A stretch of 64,000 nt of DNA from Octopus vulgaris (taxonomy: Eukaryota). The notes under the pieces were generated by a model. It searched no databases and was not told the DNA's origin. It saw nothing but the letters and a program-made list of their open reading frames with translations. The DNA is taken from contig OX597832.1 in assembly GCA_951406725.2 (NCBI GenBank), positions 70,184,001 through 70,248,000 on the forward strand, given 5' to 3'. The position numbers were made by a program, and so were the translations under genes. The first letter of the stretch is position 1, and each line of letters opens with the position of its first letter. Shown one piece after another: positions 26,640 to 41,940 of the stretch.

Positions 26640-27638
26640 ATACTCTTTTAATCTGCGTGTTTCTTACAATCACTTGCCGAGACACACCCAGCAACGTGGT
26701 TCTCCTGGGATGTTATCTATATGTTTCAGTCGTCCTTTTTTTAAATCATACCTAGGGCACGTACAATAGCAGGAAAAGTTCTTGCTTTAAGATACCACGT
26801 CTTTTGTATTTCAATTTCCAGGTCCTTAACTTTACTTAATTTGTCAAACCCCTTTACAGACATAATAGTGATACAGCATACAGATATAATACTTACAAAA
26901 TATCAGTGGGAACAATTACATCTATTAGTCTATAAGTATTTTCTTCCTTGTCGTTAAAAATTATGTCTAGACGATTAGCTGCGATCGACCTCTCGGTGTT
27001 CGTTGCAAAATCCCAGAGGGTAATGGCATATTTATCTTCAACGCCCGGCTCAGGATGATGTTCATACCAGTAAGCAGGAGTCCTGATTTTGTAGTGTTTA
27101 CTTATTTTCAATGTAATTACTATTCAATGCTATCGTACACTTTTTGCATTCGTTTGGTGTCAGCACAGGACATCCCGAGATGAGATGGTCCATTGTTTCG
27201 TCAATTGTGTCACAGAATCTGGATTTAGAGTCAGAAACATTTTGAAGAACTTTAGCAATGTAGTTTTTGGTAAGCAACCATTGAACTTGTGCCTCCAATA
27301 TGAAACTCTCTGCTTTCAGTCCTGAACTTCGCAGCCACCAATGGCATGTTACTTGGTCTACATAAGCAGTTCACCTTCAAAGAATATACTGACTATGCAG
27401 GGCACGTTGGATCAAACGCTCCTCATTTAGTTTATTCCCGTTCTTGTTTGCAGTCTGCTCGATCCGTTTTGCTGGATGGTAGCAGTGGCTCCAGGCTCTT
27501 CATGTAATTCAGGGTTAATGCTAAGCTCCCTTGGGAATTTGCAAGCTCCTTTCGCAATAGAATGTGACATTTTGTAGCTCACCACCCGCAGATTCCTGTC
27601 CGGTGTACTGGATAAGTACCTGTTCATTGCTAATGAGA
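26640..27638 (-). mobile_element. Older R4/Dong-like LINE 3' portion (CCHC plus RLE), degraded
   Basis: SRFCDTIDETMDHLISGC and WYEHHPEP..TLWDFATNTERSIAANRLDII..LIDVIVP. Confidence 0.85.
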
Positions 27639-27664
27639 TCTTCTTCTTCTTCTTCTTCTTCTTC

Positions 27665-27749
<85 letters not shown>

Positions 27750-30017
27750 TTTTTTTTTTCTTCTTTCAAATTTTCTTCCATTTCTTGCCGAGTGTCTTCC
27801 CGACTCCTAGGGCAAAGAAACTCATAGTGTATATTGGTAGGCCATTAAACCAAACTCAGTAGTTCGTTCATTTTTTTTTTTTTTTTTAAGTTAAATTAAA
27901 ATACATGAGCAGCAACAGTTCTCACATCGACAATGCTCTTCTCAATACGTGTGATGTACCAGTTAAGACAATCTTTTGCACTTCTTGCAGGGATGGTAAG
28001 CCAGGGATCATTCTCATATAATTTTCGGTTCCCCTCTTGATCATTCCTAGTGCTCCTACGATCACTGGTATTGTAACCGCCTTGAGATGCCACATTTTCT
28101 CAATTTCAATGAGTAGGTCTTTATATTTTCTAAGCTTGTCAAACTCTTTCGCTGAGATATTATGATCACAGGGGATGCTCATGTCGATCAATAAGCAAAC
28201 TTTATTGTTTTGGTCTTTCACAACAATATCTGGTTTATTGGCCTTGATGGTTCGGTCTGTATGTACTGGAAAGTCCCACAGAATGGTTACATTTTCTCCT
28301 TCAGTTACAGCCTCAGGGTGGTGATTATACCACTTGTCGGCAGTTTTGATATTGTAATGCCGACTTATTAGCCAGTGGAGATATTGGCCAACTCTGTCAT
28401 GTCTTAATTTATACTCCACTAGTGCTAAGACTTTACATCCAGAGATTAGGTGGTCCACTGTTTCAATCATGTCGTTGCAGAATCGGCATTTTGGGTCTGC
28501 TCCATTTTTCATCACATTGGCCTGGTAGTTCCGGGTTAATAGGCTTTGGTCTTGAGCAGCCAGGATGAAACCTTCGCTCTCTGCTTTTAGCCCTGAGCTC
28601 CGCAGCCACTGATGGGTTTGCTTCTGGTCAACATCAGCTTGTTTGCTGCGGGTCACATATTTGCCGTGCAGAGGTTTCTCCTCCCACCTATCAGCCAATT
28701 GCTCGTGCGCTTTTTTATTGCCATCATTTTCACCTTCTTTGCAACAATAGTTGCCGTACTTCCCTCGGGTTGTTCAGTTTGGGTTTCCTGCACGAGATCA
28801 ATAGCAAATTTTTTGCTTTCCTTGATGATAGAATGAAGCTTCTTTCGTCTCTCGTGATTTTCCACGAGCTTTAGCATCCAGTCATTCGATATTTCGAGAT
28901 ATTTGGCCAGTCCAATTGTGGTTGTTTTGTAAGCTAGTTCAAATTGGATCAGGCCTCGACCTCCTTGGGCTCTGGGAAGGTAAAGGCGATCTACGTCTGC
29001 CTTTGGGTGGTGCATCCTATTACAACTCAGCAGCTTGCGTATTTTTCTATCTATATTCTTTACTTCACTCATATTCCAGTTCAACACATTGTAGCTATAA
29101 GTAACAACTGGAACTGCTAAGGAATTTATAGCTAACACCTTGTTACGTGCATTTAGTTCAGATTTCAGGACTGCACGAACTCTCCTATAACATTCCTTCC
29201 TGATTTTCTCTTTCATGCTTGCATGCTGAATACCAGAGCCTTCATTTATCCCTAAATATTTGTATGTCTGTTCTTGCTCAAGCTCTCTTATGACTGTGTC
29301 AACATCTAACACGACTGAATTTGTGGTCTTCACTTTCCCTTTCTGGAAAGTGGCCTTGGCACACTTCTCAAGTCCAAACTCCATCCCGATGTCATCGCTG
29401 AATGCTTTCACGGTGCGCAATAGGCCTTCAAGTTCATTATTGTCTTTACCATAAAGTTTTAAGTCATCCATATAAAATAGATGGCTTATTTTTTTATTGG
29501 CAATTTTATACCCATACCCTGTTCTGTTTAATTCACTTGTAAGGGGTATTAGGGCTATGCAGAATATTAAAGGTGAAAGTGAGTCACCTTGAAAAATTCC
29601 ACAGTTGATGTTTTCTGAGGCAAGTACTCCATTAGAGTGGTATAATTGGAGATTCGTATTCCACAACGACATATTGTGCTTCAGGAAGTTTGAAATCACA
29701 GGGGAAATTTTTAAGATGTCCAGCGATCTCAAGATCCATGGATGCGGTATACTGTCGAAGGCCTTTTTATAGTCAATCAATGCGGTGCTGAGATTTCTGC
29801 GCTTGTTGTGACAGTTCTCAAGGATCATACGATTGATTAGCAGTTGATCTTTGCATCCGTAAGAGCCTCGGCGGCACCCTTTTTGTTCAATGGGGAAAAT
29901 ATCGTTCTTCTCCATGAATGCATATGTTTTCTCCGCCAGGATAGATGTTAGGATTTTATACGTGGTGGATAGACAGGTTATAGGCCGATAGTTTTTTGGA
30001 AGGTTGGTTTCGTTATC
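27750..30017 (-). mobile_element. R4/Dong-like site-specific non-LTR retrotransposon, 5' truncated, with RT, CCHC and restriction-like endonuclease, inserted in (TAA)n
   Basis: NYRPITCL, IDYKKAFDS, GIFQGDSLSP, FYMDDLKL, YKYLG, CRFCNDMIETVDHLISGC and KPDIVV..LIDMSIP..K..KY. One frameshift near 28700. The 3' UTR ends in an A-run plus (TAA)n, and (TAA)n also lies at the 5' junction. Confidence 0.93.
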
Positions 30018-30018
<1 letters not shown>

Positions 30019-30088
<70 letters not shown>

Positions 30089-30138
30089 TTTTATTATTAT
30101 TATTATTATTTTTTTAATTATTATTATTATCATCATCG

Positions 30139-30205
<67 letters not shown>

Positions 30206-30228
30206 CATTATTATTATCATTATTATTA
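30019..30228. repeat. (TTA)n microsatellite
   Basis: Direct reading. Confidence 0.95.
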
Positions 30229-30537
30229 TGCACCCGCACAGTCATAAATATGCCTCTGCATCATATACATTTTTAATGTTTCAGTGATTGCATTACATCC
30301 ATACTAGCGCTCCACGTTGGAAGGTTTTGTCGAACAAATCGACCTCAGTCTTGCACAATTACAATTCTATCCATCATCTTTTACAAAATCGCTAAATTAC
30401 GATTGTTGTAGTAGGGGAGAAAAACAAACAATAATAAATGTATTTTTGAAACATACATATTCATACATACATATATACATACATACATACATATATATAT
30501 ATATATGTATATACATATATATATGCATTCATATATG

Positions 30538-30573
<36 letters not shown>

Positions 30574-30593
30574 GAAAGATATATGTATATATG

Positions 30594-30624
<31 letters not shown>

Positions 30625-30849
30625 TTGTGTGTGTGCGTGTATGCATGTGTGTGCCATGTGTGTGTGTGTAGGTATTGATATATACATATAAATATTCACT
30701 ACAATTTCTGGTTCCTTTGATACAGTCGTTCATTACACGCACCTTTGAACTTTCAGTTAAAATCAACCATAATACGATTTACACACGACTAAATACGGCC
30801 TCTACATAGGTATATACATATATTCCTACACACACACACACGCATACGC

Positions 30850-30904
<55 letters not shown>

Positions 30905-31267
30905 ATATGTATTCTTTCATTCTATTACTCGTTTCCGCCATGCGGGTGCGGTTATGCTGGAGCAGTATCGTGGTATTTCTGATTTCCACAGTCTGGTGTG
31001 TTACAAGTTAGTACTCTTGTACGTGTTTGTGTGTATACATGTATAGGCAACCTTAAAACTTATATAATATAAAGACTATTTGAATATTACTTTTAAATCA
31101 TTAATGTAAATAAAATTATGATAGAAAAATATGAAAAAAATATTTATCACAAATTAAAATTCAGAAGCACCAAATTTATGAGAAATTTTGAAAATATGTT
31201 TTTAAAATTAGTAAATCTACAATAAATAACGCACTAAAACAATAAAGATAAATATGAATATATATAT

Positions 31268-31364
<97 letters not shown>

Positions 31365-32167
31365 ATATACATATATATATGCGTGTACATATACATATAT
31401 ATATATATACAAGTATATACATATATATATATATACCTACAAGTACATGCATACATATACTATATATAAGTGTGTGTGAGTGTATAACAAATATATAGAT
31501 TCACAGGCAAATAAATATACCTGATCGTTTCTATTTAAACATAAATCATGAATAAATTGATTATAATTTCCCCTTTTTTTTCATAAATAAATACAACCCG
31601 CTTATTAAACTTAAACAAGTCATTGAAACACATTTTAAATTTCACAATATTTTTACGTTTTTTCATAATTTGAAATCAGATGAAAAAAAATAGCACAATG
31701 CAAAAATATATTCGTAATAGTAATTATGTATTTTATATTTTATTTTCAAATATTCTTTTTCCTTTTTTCCTCTTTCTCTTTTGTGACATTTTGAATAAAA
31801 CATTTTTATGACGTTCGTTTAAATCTTTTTGGTCACAAAATTTCGGGAAGAGCGAGACAGCGAGAGAGGGGGAAGAGAAGGAGAGAGCGGGGAGAAGGAG
31901 AGAGACAGAGGGAGGAGAGAAGGAGAGGGAAGAGAAGAGGGAGAGAGGAAGAGAGGGATATATTGATATTCTGTGTGAGACAGACCGAAAAAAGTGTGAG
32001 AGGAAAATCAAGTATATTCATTGCTTTAACATATGATTATATTTTTATCGTACAATAATAGACATTAATGCAATTTTACTAGTTTCGTGCTTTGCTTTTC
32101 ACTTAACACATATGAAAATCACGTATATTTTGTTCAATATGCTTACATATATGCATGTAGGGGAAGA

Positions 32168-32241
<74 letters not shown>

Positions 32242-32497
32242 ATTGTATAATATTATACATACTACATTATGTAGGCAAATGACCGCGTGTGTACCGTTGA
32301 AGATTATTTTTCCTCCGTCTTCCCTTCTCTCGATCTTTCATCACTTGATACACTGACCGACCAGAGTCAGCAAGAAAAATGGCGCGATCAGGCTCAAAAT
32401 TCGATCACGTGACAACAATACAATCAATTCTAAGCGGAGAAGGCTGTGTAACAATAACGAAGATATATGGCGAAAGTGCTGATCATTTTTGACTTTT

Positions 32498-32534
<37 letters not shown>

Positions 32535-32564
32535 TATATTATTTATTAAAACTATACTGTATAT

Positions 32565-32620
<56 letters not shown>

Positions 32621-33877
32621 GTATGCGTGTGTGTGTATGCTTTAGTCGAACAAATGGACCCACTTTAATTGTTTCCTTACAACTGCGATATTTTTCTATC
32701 GGTGATTTTTGGTAAACCTTTAAGTATTGTATGTATACACACACACACATATACGCACTGGCACGCGCGCCTACTCACAGTTTTTCTTTGACTTTTATTT
32801 TAAGTTCTTCTATAGAGAGTTGAAGCTGGTCGCCAGCAAAGTGATGAGACTTTTTGAGTTAGGGGAGTTCCCAGTGTTTGTAACTATGTGGGCTGCTGCT
32901 GTGTGAACCAAAACTATTTTCTATTCATTAAAACTTTTATAATTGTCCAGTTTTATTTACAATTCATTCGCCGTATTAGACATCAACCATTTCTGCTTGG
33001 TTCGCCTTAATTAATTTACCATAAAAGTATGTACGCAGGCATGTATGTATGTATCTGTGCATGTATGTATGCATGTATGTATGTATGCATGTATGTATGT
33101 ATTATGTATGTATGAATGCATGTATGTTTGTCTATGTGTGTGTAAATGATTAGTAAAGAGAAAAGCCCAAAGCAGCCAGCGGCATGAATTTACAACATGA
33201 CTTCTTAGTTTTTTGTACCTAGTTCCGTTTAAAACTAAAAGCGCCATTTAGCCACTACGCCTTGGTTCGAATGTATAAGTAAGATAATCTTAAAAATCAA
33301 CAAATTTTTCAGTAAATTAATCCCATTTTATTTCCATTCACTTCTTGTCTCCAGTGGAGACATAAGGCTGGGACATATAGAGAAACGGTAGAGATTATAT
33401 ATATCCCAAGACTATTGTGTATAGTAATGTTTGTCGTTACTTCAACATGGCTGTTTCGTACGACCCGATATTACTACCATTTTTTAGCCTCAAGATGACG
33501 CCTCCTCTAGTTGAATATCGATGCAATCTGCACGCGATATATATTGCAAGCAGGGGAGCGAACCCCTACTATCATCTAGCGACTTGAAAGGACCAGCACA
33601 CTGTCCAGTTTCAGACTATTTTTGCCCATACTCAGCTCTGGATACCTGTTCGCTAGACATAACAGTAGATCGCTGCAACTCAAAACCTATAGCAAAATAA
33701 GAACCTATTTGGTATAATTAAAACAAAAACGATAAAAAGCGAACTTATTTATAGCTACACACACACGGACACGCCTACATACACACACGCATAGATATAG
33801 TTTTAGTTATCTATATCAGTTATAGACGCAAGCATGCACATATTTCTTAAGTAGATGATCAGACAGATAAATATTTT

Positions 33878-33972
<95 letters not shown>
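33878..33972. repeat. (AGAT)n microsatellite (complementary (ATCT)n at 24672-24744)
   Basis: Direct reading. Confidence 0.95.
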
Positions 33973-36900
33973 GGAGAGATAGAGAGAGAGAGAGGCTGAC
34001 AAATAGACTAATAGGCAGACTTGCTGACTGAAACACACACACACTCACATACACACACACTCACACAGATTGATAGATAGATAAATAGATAGAGTTGTGG
34101 ATAGATACATAGACAAATAGATGAACAAACTTTCGTTAGTTGTGTCAGTGAAGAGGTAATTCGGTAGGTGTACAAATAGGTACGTGGGTTCCTAAGTAGG
34201 TAGGTAGATAGGTAGGTAGGTATTTAGTTTGGTAGTTAAATAAAAGTATAGAAGAGATGAACATTAGTTTGTGAAAGCAATGTAACAATAGAAGTAAATA
34301 CATCATAACCATTCTGACAAAGAATTTATCATTAACCTTGCCATTATCTGATATTTATTTCAGTATATCAGTTGGAATTTGAGACTTTTGAAGCATAAAT
34401 TTAATCATAAATCTGAGACCTTATTGTCAGCGCCAATATTCATTGATTTGAAAGACTATTCTAGAATCGTAGTATGGTTCATAGAATTAGAAGTAGGTTT
34501 GCGTCGCTAGAATTTTTATTCATGGTGTGTGAACAGACTTTTACCTGAACTATGAACTTTAATCTCCATGATGCAATATGAGTTGTTGCTTTCCCTAAAC
34601 CATCTAATCGGTTTGTATTATCGACATGCTAGAAACAACAGCTAAACTACCACTGATTACAGATTCAAGAAAGGAAAACGGGGGTGGGGGACTATGGATA
34701 GTGGAAAACGAAAGTTGTCTACATCCGAAAAAAACTGTTATGGTGACACCTAGGATAACATTTTGCTGCTGAACCATGTCTGGTGAATGATAATAAAGTC
34801 AGTCTAAGAGATATATATTTTAAACGTATTTATTGTTCCCGATAATTCTGGTAAAACGTTATTCGGGTATTCACATCTTCATTCCCGACAAATTTCTCTT
34901 ACATTACCCTATCCAGATTGAGCTGCTGTCTCAACAAATTTTGGACACTACTCCGTTGCATTATGCTCCGGCAACTTCTTTAATTATGACCGTTCAAAAG
35001 GGAAATAGGTCTACTTTTTTTCCGTTTTTATTTACCCTTCGTCTTCCCATTCTATTTTTTGCATCACCTTTCTAGTTTTTTCTCGTGATTTCTCATGTAG
35101 CAGTGTCCTGATTTTTAAATAGAGCAAACCATGCGCTTAGAGCCTGTGGATTGCTTGCAGCCACATGGTGCGTTAAAAGACCTGCGTAACCAAGGGATTT
35201 AATGACAAGAAACTATTAGTAAGGTCATATTTTAATACAGTGTCACAGTGTACATTGAACGATATTTACCTCTTATTTCTTGCAATGCTTTTTTGTTGAT
35301 CTTATTTTAACGAAGCAGTTAACCATATAGACATAATTATTCATACAATTTTTAAACAAGAATATTATTTTAAGGTATCATCTAAAATAAAGATATGATT
35401 TTCTTCGTACATATTATTCTTTGTTGCTGAATACTCTGAAGTTCTTAAAATTCTGCATAAGGATTGTTGGATTTATCTTTCATTCATGAGGATTAACCTG
35501 GGATTTGTATTCTACATACATTTACTGGAATCTCCTTGGTTGAAATTTAACTTTATTCCTTTATACTGAGTACTTACTTGATATCTGTCAAGGATTTTAA
35601 AACCCATTTTCTTTTATACATACATACATATATACATACATATATATATGTATACCAGTGTATATGCGCACCCGCGAGTGTGTATGTGGTGTATGTTGTG
35701 CTGTGTGTGTGTGTGTGTGTGATCTTCAAATGTATTAATTGTGATGCTCATAAATTTTATTTGTAATCCATTGCGAGGAGAAACGTTGAATTATAAATGC
35801 TTTTGCATCTTTGTGTTGTATATTTGGCGAGCATTACTCAATGCTGGTTTCAAAATATTTATTTGCACTGCAGTATATGATCTGTTTAATTAACAATACA
35901 ACTTATGTATCATGATTACAAATTCATCTGGGATCTCTAGGGTAGATTTACATAGTTCAGCTATATGCCAACTCCAAGAAATGGGCTTAATTAAATTGGA
36001 AAAGAATAATTAAACGTGAAAAGCAACGTGGAAAGCAATATGAAATGCTGGATTGGAGAAATGACCTCTCAGCGAGTGAAATCCAGACCTCGGCTTTGAT
36101 TTCCCGCTTGATTCGTTTCAATGCATTATCAGATTCCTTTAACAAAATACACGATTGTTACATAACCTGAATTGCAGGAACCTGTTACGAAACGAATACT
36201 TATCAAATTGGAAAGGTGTTGCAATGGAGAAGTTAGCTTCTAATGACTTGTGTCCTCACAATTTTCTTCACTCTACACCAAGAAACGAGAATTGTATTAA
36301 TGATATATTCATTCACATATAGCTCTATGGAAAGTTAGTGTTAACATATATGATGTTATATATCCTTAACAATTATCTAGAAATCAGTGTGTGGTGTGAT
36401 AAAAAGAATAATAGCCAGATTCTAGAGTTGGCATCATTTTCTAGTTAAGTACAAGAGACAACCTTTTACATGTTTTGGTCTGATTCTCATCTCGTCAATT
36501 AAGCATCACAGCCTAATCGTTTTTGCCAATGGAAGGATGAGAGATACAAGACTTATTAGAAGAGTTGTTACAGCGTCAAGTAGAATACTTTGCCCTATTT
36601 GATCTGAATCTCTACACACTGAGTTCAAATCCCACTGGATCCAGATCAGTCTTTCATACTTTTCTGATCGATAAATTACATACCAGACCTGGAGAGGAGA
36701 AGAAAATAATGAAGTGACAAATAAAACATGATGAGATCAGATCTCTTTGACAGGTGGAGAGATGGATTATTTCGTGGAATAGTGGAGAGACAAGCTAAAT
36801 GAGCAAAGGGTTGAATTACTGGTAATATGGATGATCGATGGAGCTCCAGAGAAAACGAAGGAGGAAAGAACGGGTGAAATGTATCCTAATCATTAGCATC

Positions 36901-37115
36901 ATGCCACTGTGTTCTGAAACTAACGTCTAAACCGGTTTTAATATTTGTTACCTATGATCCTAGAACTACCATTAACAGGGATTCATTTTCATGGACAATG
37001 CATGTGACCATACTTTAACGCACATAATATATGTTGGCTTGCTTATCAAACAAATTTTCAGTTTTGTTTTCAGAAGGGCAGAGGATTAAAAGAAACTGTA
37101 GAATGCCTTGAGATA

Positions 37116-37636
37116 CGAGGTGGTGTCAAACGTTTCCCGGACAAGAACTGTAGAGCCCCAAGAGATGAAAGCTCAGGGTTACATGCATAGTGAGAACTGG
37201 TAGAGACTTTCATGTGGCATTGTACTGAGTGACATCGCTGTGTTTATTTGCAAGTTGTGAAATTTGTGTTTGTGATCACATGTCCCTAGAAGACGATGAG
37301 CGATCTGGAAAACATGCCCCGAGCGTCATCCCCGGAGATGCAGAGAAAATTCTCAAAGGTTGCTGTTTTAACATCGCTGTCAAGATCCAGAACGAATCGC
37401 TGAACATTCTCCACTCGCTTTTGGCAAACAACTACCAGGCCAGATTCCAAAAGTGGCAGGAACACTGGGACCGGTGCATTGCTGTGAAAGGGGACTATCT
37501 CGAAGTCCAAAAGTGCTAAATCTGGTGAATAGGATGGGTTAGGAAGTGATACTATGTGGTTTTGATGTTAGGACTTAGGTAAATAAGTTATTTCTCATTA
37601 AACATAACGATTTCAGGAATGTTTTGATACACCTCG
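37116..37636 (+). mobile_element. mariner internal-deletion derivative with both TIRs and TA TSD
   Basis: TA|cgaggtggtgtcaaacgtttcccgga ... ttcaggaatgttttgatacacctcg|TA. SLEDDERSG is fused to the C-terminal FQKWQEHWDRCIAVKGDYLE. Confidence 0.85.
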
Positions 37637-38381
37637 TATGCATTTACGATTCTTTAGTTAGTTGCCGTTCATTAACCGCTTGAGATATATAAAATGAAGA
37701 TTCTCTCAAATACTAGGATCGATTTTAACGACTGTTCCTCCAACAACCCTTAAAATATGGGGCCTTTGTGCCTATTTGAGAAATTATTATTATCTTAATA
37801 ATGATAGAAATCAAGTAAGATTTATGAAATATATATCACCAACCTAGAAAATTGATGACAACGTCATGTTAGTATTCTTTGTTAAAGCTAATTGATGAGA
37901 ACTACCCCCTTTCCGTTTTTGAATCTGTGAATGCATCCACATTTCCTTCTCAAGAAATTAATTTCAAAAATAACGGTGAAACTACATATTAATCGTTTAT
38001 CTGTTGGCTTCAAGAGAAGAAAAAATCTCCGTGCATTGCCATTAACTGCTATCATAGTTATCTCCCTTGTAAGTTTTAGATTTAAACATGTCTGTACGGA
38101 GATACCGTGTCCAATAATTCTTTGCACAATTTCGGCTGATTGAATTTTCTTCAAATCACAGCATTTCATAAGATAAAATCGACCACGTAATCATTAATTT
38201 TCTTTTTTCTTATTGTCAGACATTATGTACACACACATAAATATATACATACATACGTACGTACATACATATATACATACGTGTGTAGGGGTGTATATGT
38301 ATACATATATATATATATCGGAATTTTTGATATGCTAGGCCACTGGTTTTAATTGATTAATATCAATTTCTACCCTTATTC

Positions 38382-38427
<46 letters not shown>

Positions 38428-39066
38428 TACAGTGATATCAGTGTCCAGAAATGTTTCAAGATAAGGGAACTTGTGACATATTTCAACTGCTAAGGGCAAA
38501 TTTATTGCAGGTTTCCGTGGGGAAAGATTCCTTTTTATGGTAAAATAAAAGATGTAAAAACACCATATATGTCCAGTGTTGGCACCTATCGAATTCTAAG
38601 ACATCAATGTTTCTAGCTCCCTAGTTGCTATCAATGAGAAATAATGAAGAGAGGCAACTCTGTACAGAGTTAACTAAACTAAAGTGGCCTCAACTAAAAT
38701 AAAGTCAACTGAATTGACCGATTTTGTGCCATTAGACCGCCATGGTCGTGAAAATTACAATACCAGCACTAAACATTGTTTTGGCGTAAACGAAATTTAG
38801 ATTAGTGAAACTATATTTCTGACATATTTCAACAGCTAAAGGTAAATCAACTCCAGTTATCCTGGAGAAAGACTTATCTTTTATAAGAAGGTGTAAAAAT
38901 GCCATATATATATATATATATATATGCATGCATGCGTGTGTGTGTGTGTGTGTGTGCGTGTGTGCGTGCGCATGAGTATGTATGTGTGTAGGTGCGTGTG
39001 ATGTGTATGGGTGAATGTGTATATAAATAAACATATATATATGTACGTATGTATGTGTGTATATAA

Positions 39067-39143
<77 letters not shown>

Positions 39144-40240
39144 GAGAAAGACAGACAGACAGACAGATAGACAGAGACAGAGAGAGTGCGAGAGAGATTC
39201 TTAGTTAAGTTGAGGCCTGAACTGGTTCTGGCCATGCCTAATTTAATCTCACCACCTGGAATAGTAATTTATTGATGCTTCGTATTACAGTCGTTATTTG
39301 GGCACCAGAGACCCTTTGAGTAAAGAATTATTATCTGTGCAGTTATATCCGTATGTTGGTTGTTTTTTCTGAAATTTGTTGGAGATATTCATCTTGGAAC
39401 CATTTGAATATTAAAATATCTTTTTCGACTCTGGTGTGTTTTTCTGTAGGTAGACAAAATAAAATGATCCCAAACACATTTGGCGGGAGTTACATATTTT
39501 ATGAAGTAAACAAATCAGTTAAATCAGTTCGAATATGTTTTTGATATATTTTAACTTCTAAATGCAATTTCAAAGCAGTTTACCGCTGCAAGAAGAAAAT
39601 TTCGCTTATCGCAGAAGTTGTACTAACGTCTTATCTGTTCAGTATCACCATTCATCGGACTCCTAAATGTGTTTCTACCTCTTTAACCTTCATCTGTAGG
39701 AGAAATCCGAGAGAGGTAATCCTGATCATATTAGAAAGTCGTAGCTATATAACAGAACAGTCATCATTGGTGACTTGCACTCACAGACGTCTTAGTCAAG
39801 AAAGACATAGTAGCGACAGTGCCAACGAGCCAGAAATGTGTATAGCAATCCGACATAGGTTGACATGCAACAGATGAAGAGTTTCTACACATTTTACCTG
39901 AAGCGAGAATTTTCTCACCCTTGTGAATAACAATGAAATCCCATTTAGAAGTAAAGATATGTCAGAATCGTATTTCAACTACTGCAACTATATTCATGAA
40001 ATAATAGTTCGATTCACATCGGGAATTTGTTGTACGAAGTATATCACATCGGATGTTTCAGAAGATTAGCAGGACTTGAGACGAATTTTATATGTCTTCT
40101 AGATGATAGGAGTGTATCGACCAGCCCAGGTTACGGTGTGCTAATGCTGACGAAACGACACCAGCACTTGCTCTTTGTATTTACGCCCAAATGCTTAGAC
40201 ATCATTATGTTTTTGGTTTTGTTTATATTGTAACCAGTTT

Positions 40241-40850
40241 ATGGGGATCCTCTACCGTCATATGTTGTGGTGTGTGCTAGTGTTCCATTCCAGTTTCCTA
40301 TTGAGGCTAGGTTTATCTTCTATTATGTGTATACCTTCTGTAATTTGTCTTATTGTTGTATCTGTTCTATGTGTGGATAATATTTTAATTTCTATGTTGT
40401 TGATTGATCCCCCGTATTCCTGTTCGGCGTATTGGTACAGAATCGATGAGCTTTTACCATCATTAAGTCCTCTCCAATGTCCATTTACCCGCTCTCCTAT
40501 GCTTCTTGCCGTTTCCCCTACGTATGTCGTTGTCTTGTTACTGCATCGTTCCTCTATACATCTTATACTGTAGACTACATTTCTGGCTTTACAGTTTGTT
40601 TGTGGGCTAAATCTACATACAGTACAGTAATTATCCGCACAGGGGGTTCTACTAAAAGGGTAGGTTCTACCGATTATAGATTTGATAGGGTTGCCTGGCT
40701 TTTCAACAACCTTTAATCCTTAGCTTAAGTTTGTCTAGGGTCCTTCTAAAGCGGTACGCCAGTTCACCTCCAGGGGTGGTGTTAACGAACATGACACTCT
40801 GGTATTTATGGCTATCATACCAAGAGTTGGTCTTCCCTATTTTCTTTTTT
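40241..40850 (-). mobile_element. Penelope-like element linker plus GIY-YIG endonuclease fragment, 5' end at (TA)n
   Basis: [13 protein letters not shown]..; C..C..C..C linker; NVVYSIRC..YVGETARSIGERVNGH..RQITEGIHIIEDKPSLNRKLEWN. Confidence 0.88.
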
Positions 40851-40854
40851 GTAT

Positions 40855-41232
<378 letters not shown>

Positions 41233-41424
41233 GTTGAAGTAGTTGAATGAATTATCCTAGTATGGATAATTCGGTTAACCGATACCCGGGTAGCAAATTT
41301 ACGTCAGAAAGCACGGTTGAAGCTACATGACAAGGGCAGAAATCACGTGCTTTCGTGTGGAAATTTGTGTGTTTTTTTACTATAGATAAATGAAAGAATG
41401 GAGTCGAACGACGATTTAACAAAA

Positions 41425-41546
41425 TTCCTTTATTCTCGACATATGTTTCGAAGACTGCATATTCTGGATTTCGAAGACTCCATATTCTTAATTCCGAAAG
41501 AATAAAGGGTGAATTATGCCGTCTTCTCATCAGGAAAGACAAGGAA
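41425..41546 (-). ncRNA. Type I hammerhead ribozyme (left arm of palindrome, with a ~23 nt internal duplication)
   Basis: Reverse complement of 41637-41735. Confidence 0.8.
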
Positions 41547-41636
41547 CTTATGTCAGCATCATGACGACCAAAAACTTTTAGATGACTGCCCACAGAGACT
41601 CCGTGTGGGCATTGTTCGTCATGATGCTGACATAAG

Positions 41637-41735
41637 TTCCTTGTCTTTCCTGATGAGAAGACGGCATAATGCACCCTTTATTCCTTCGGAATTAAGAATA
41701 TGCAGTCTTCGAAACATATGTCGAGAATAAAGGAA
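41637..41735 (+). ncRNA. Type I hammerhead ribozyme with canonical core, predicted cleavage after 41722
   Basis: tttc-CTGATGA-gaagac..gtcttc-GAAA-c(atat)GTC-gaga. Stem I has a 3x3 internal loop followed by ttcctt/aaggaa. Confidence 0.88.
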
Positions 41736-41904
41736 TTTTGTTAAATCGTCGATCGACTCCATTCTTTCATTTATCTTTATATATATACACATACATACAC
41801 CTGTAGCGACATATATACATATACATATACGTATATGCACACACACTTACGCACATACACTCACGTGAACATACACATATTCACACAAATGCATTTATGC
41901 GTGT

Positions 41905-41940
<36 letters not shown>

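Noticed and set aside
32320-32500. Possible hammerhead in the repeat next to (TA)n, and likewise at 49400-49690
   Set aside because: Probably further PLE-type termini, but no complete core with paired stems could be traced.
39615-39720. Branch point tactaac with acceptor and donor-like sites suggesting a small exon
   Set aside because: No coding signal or partner exons, and such sites are expected by chance.
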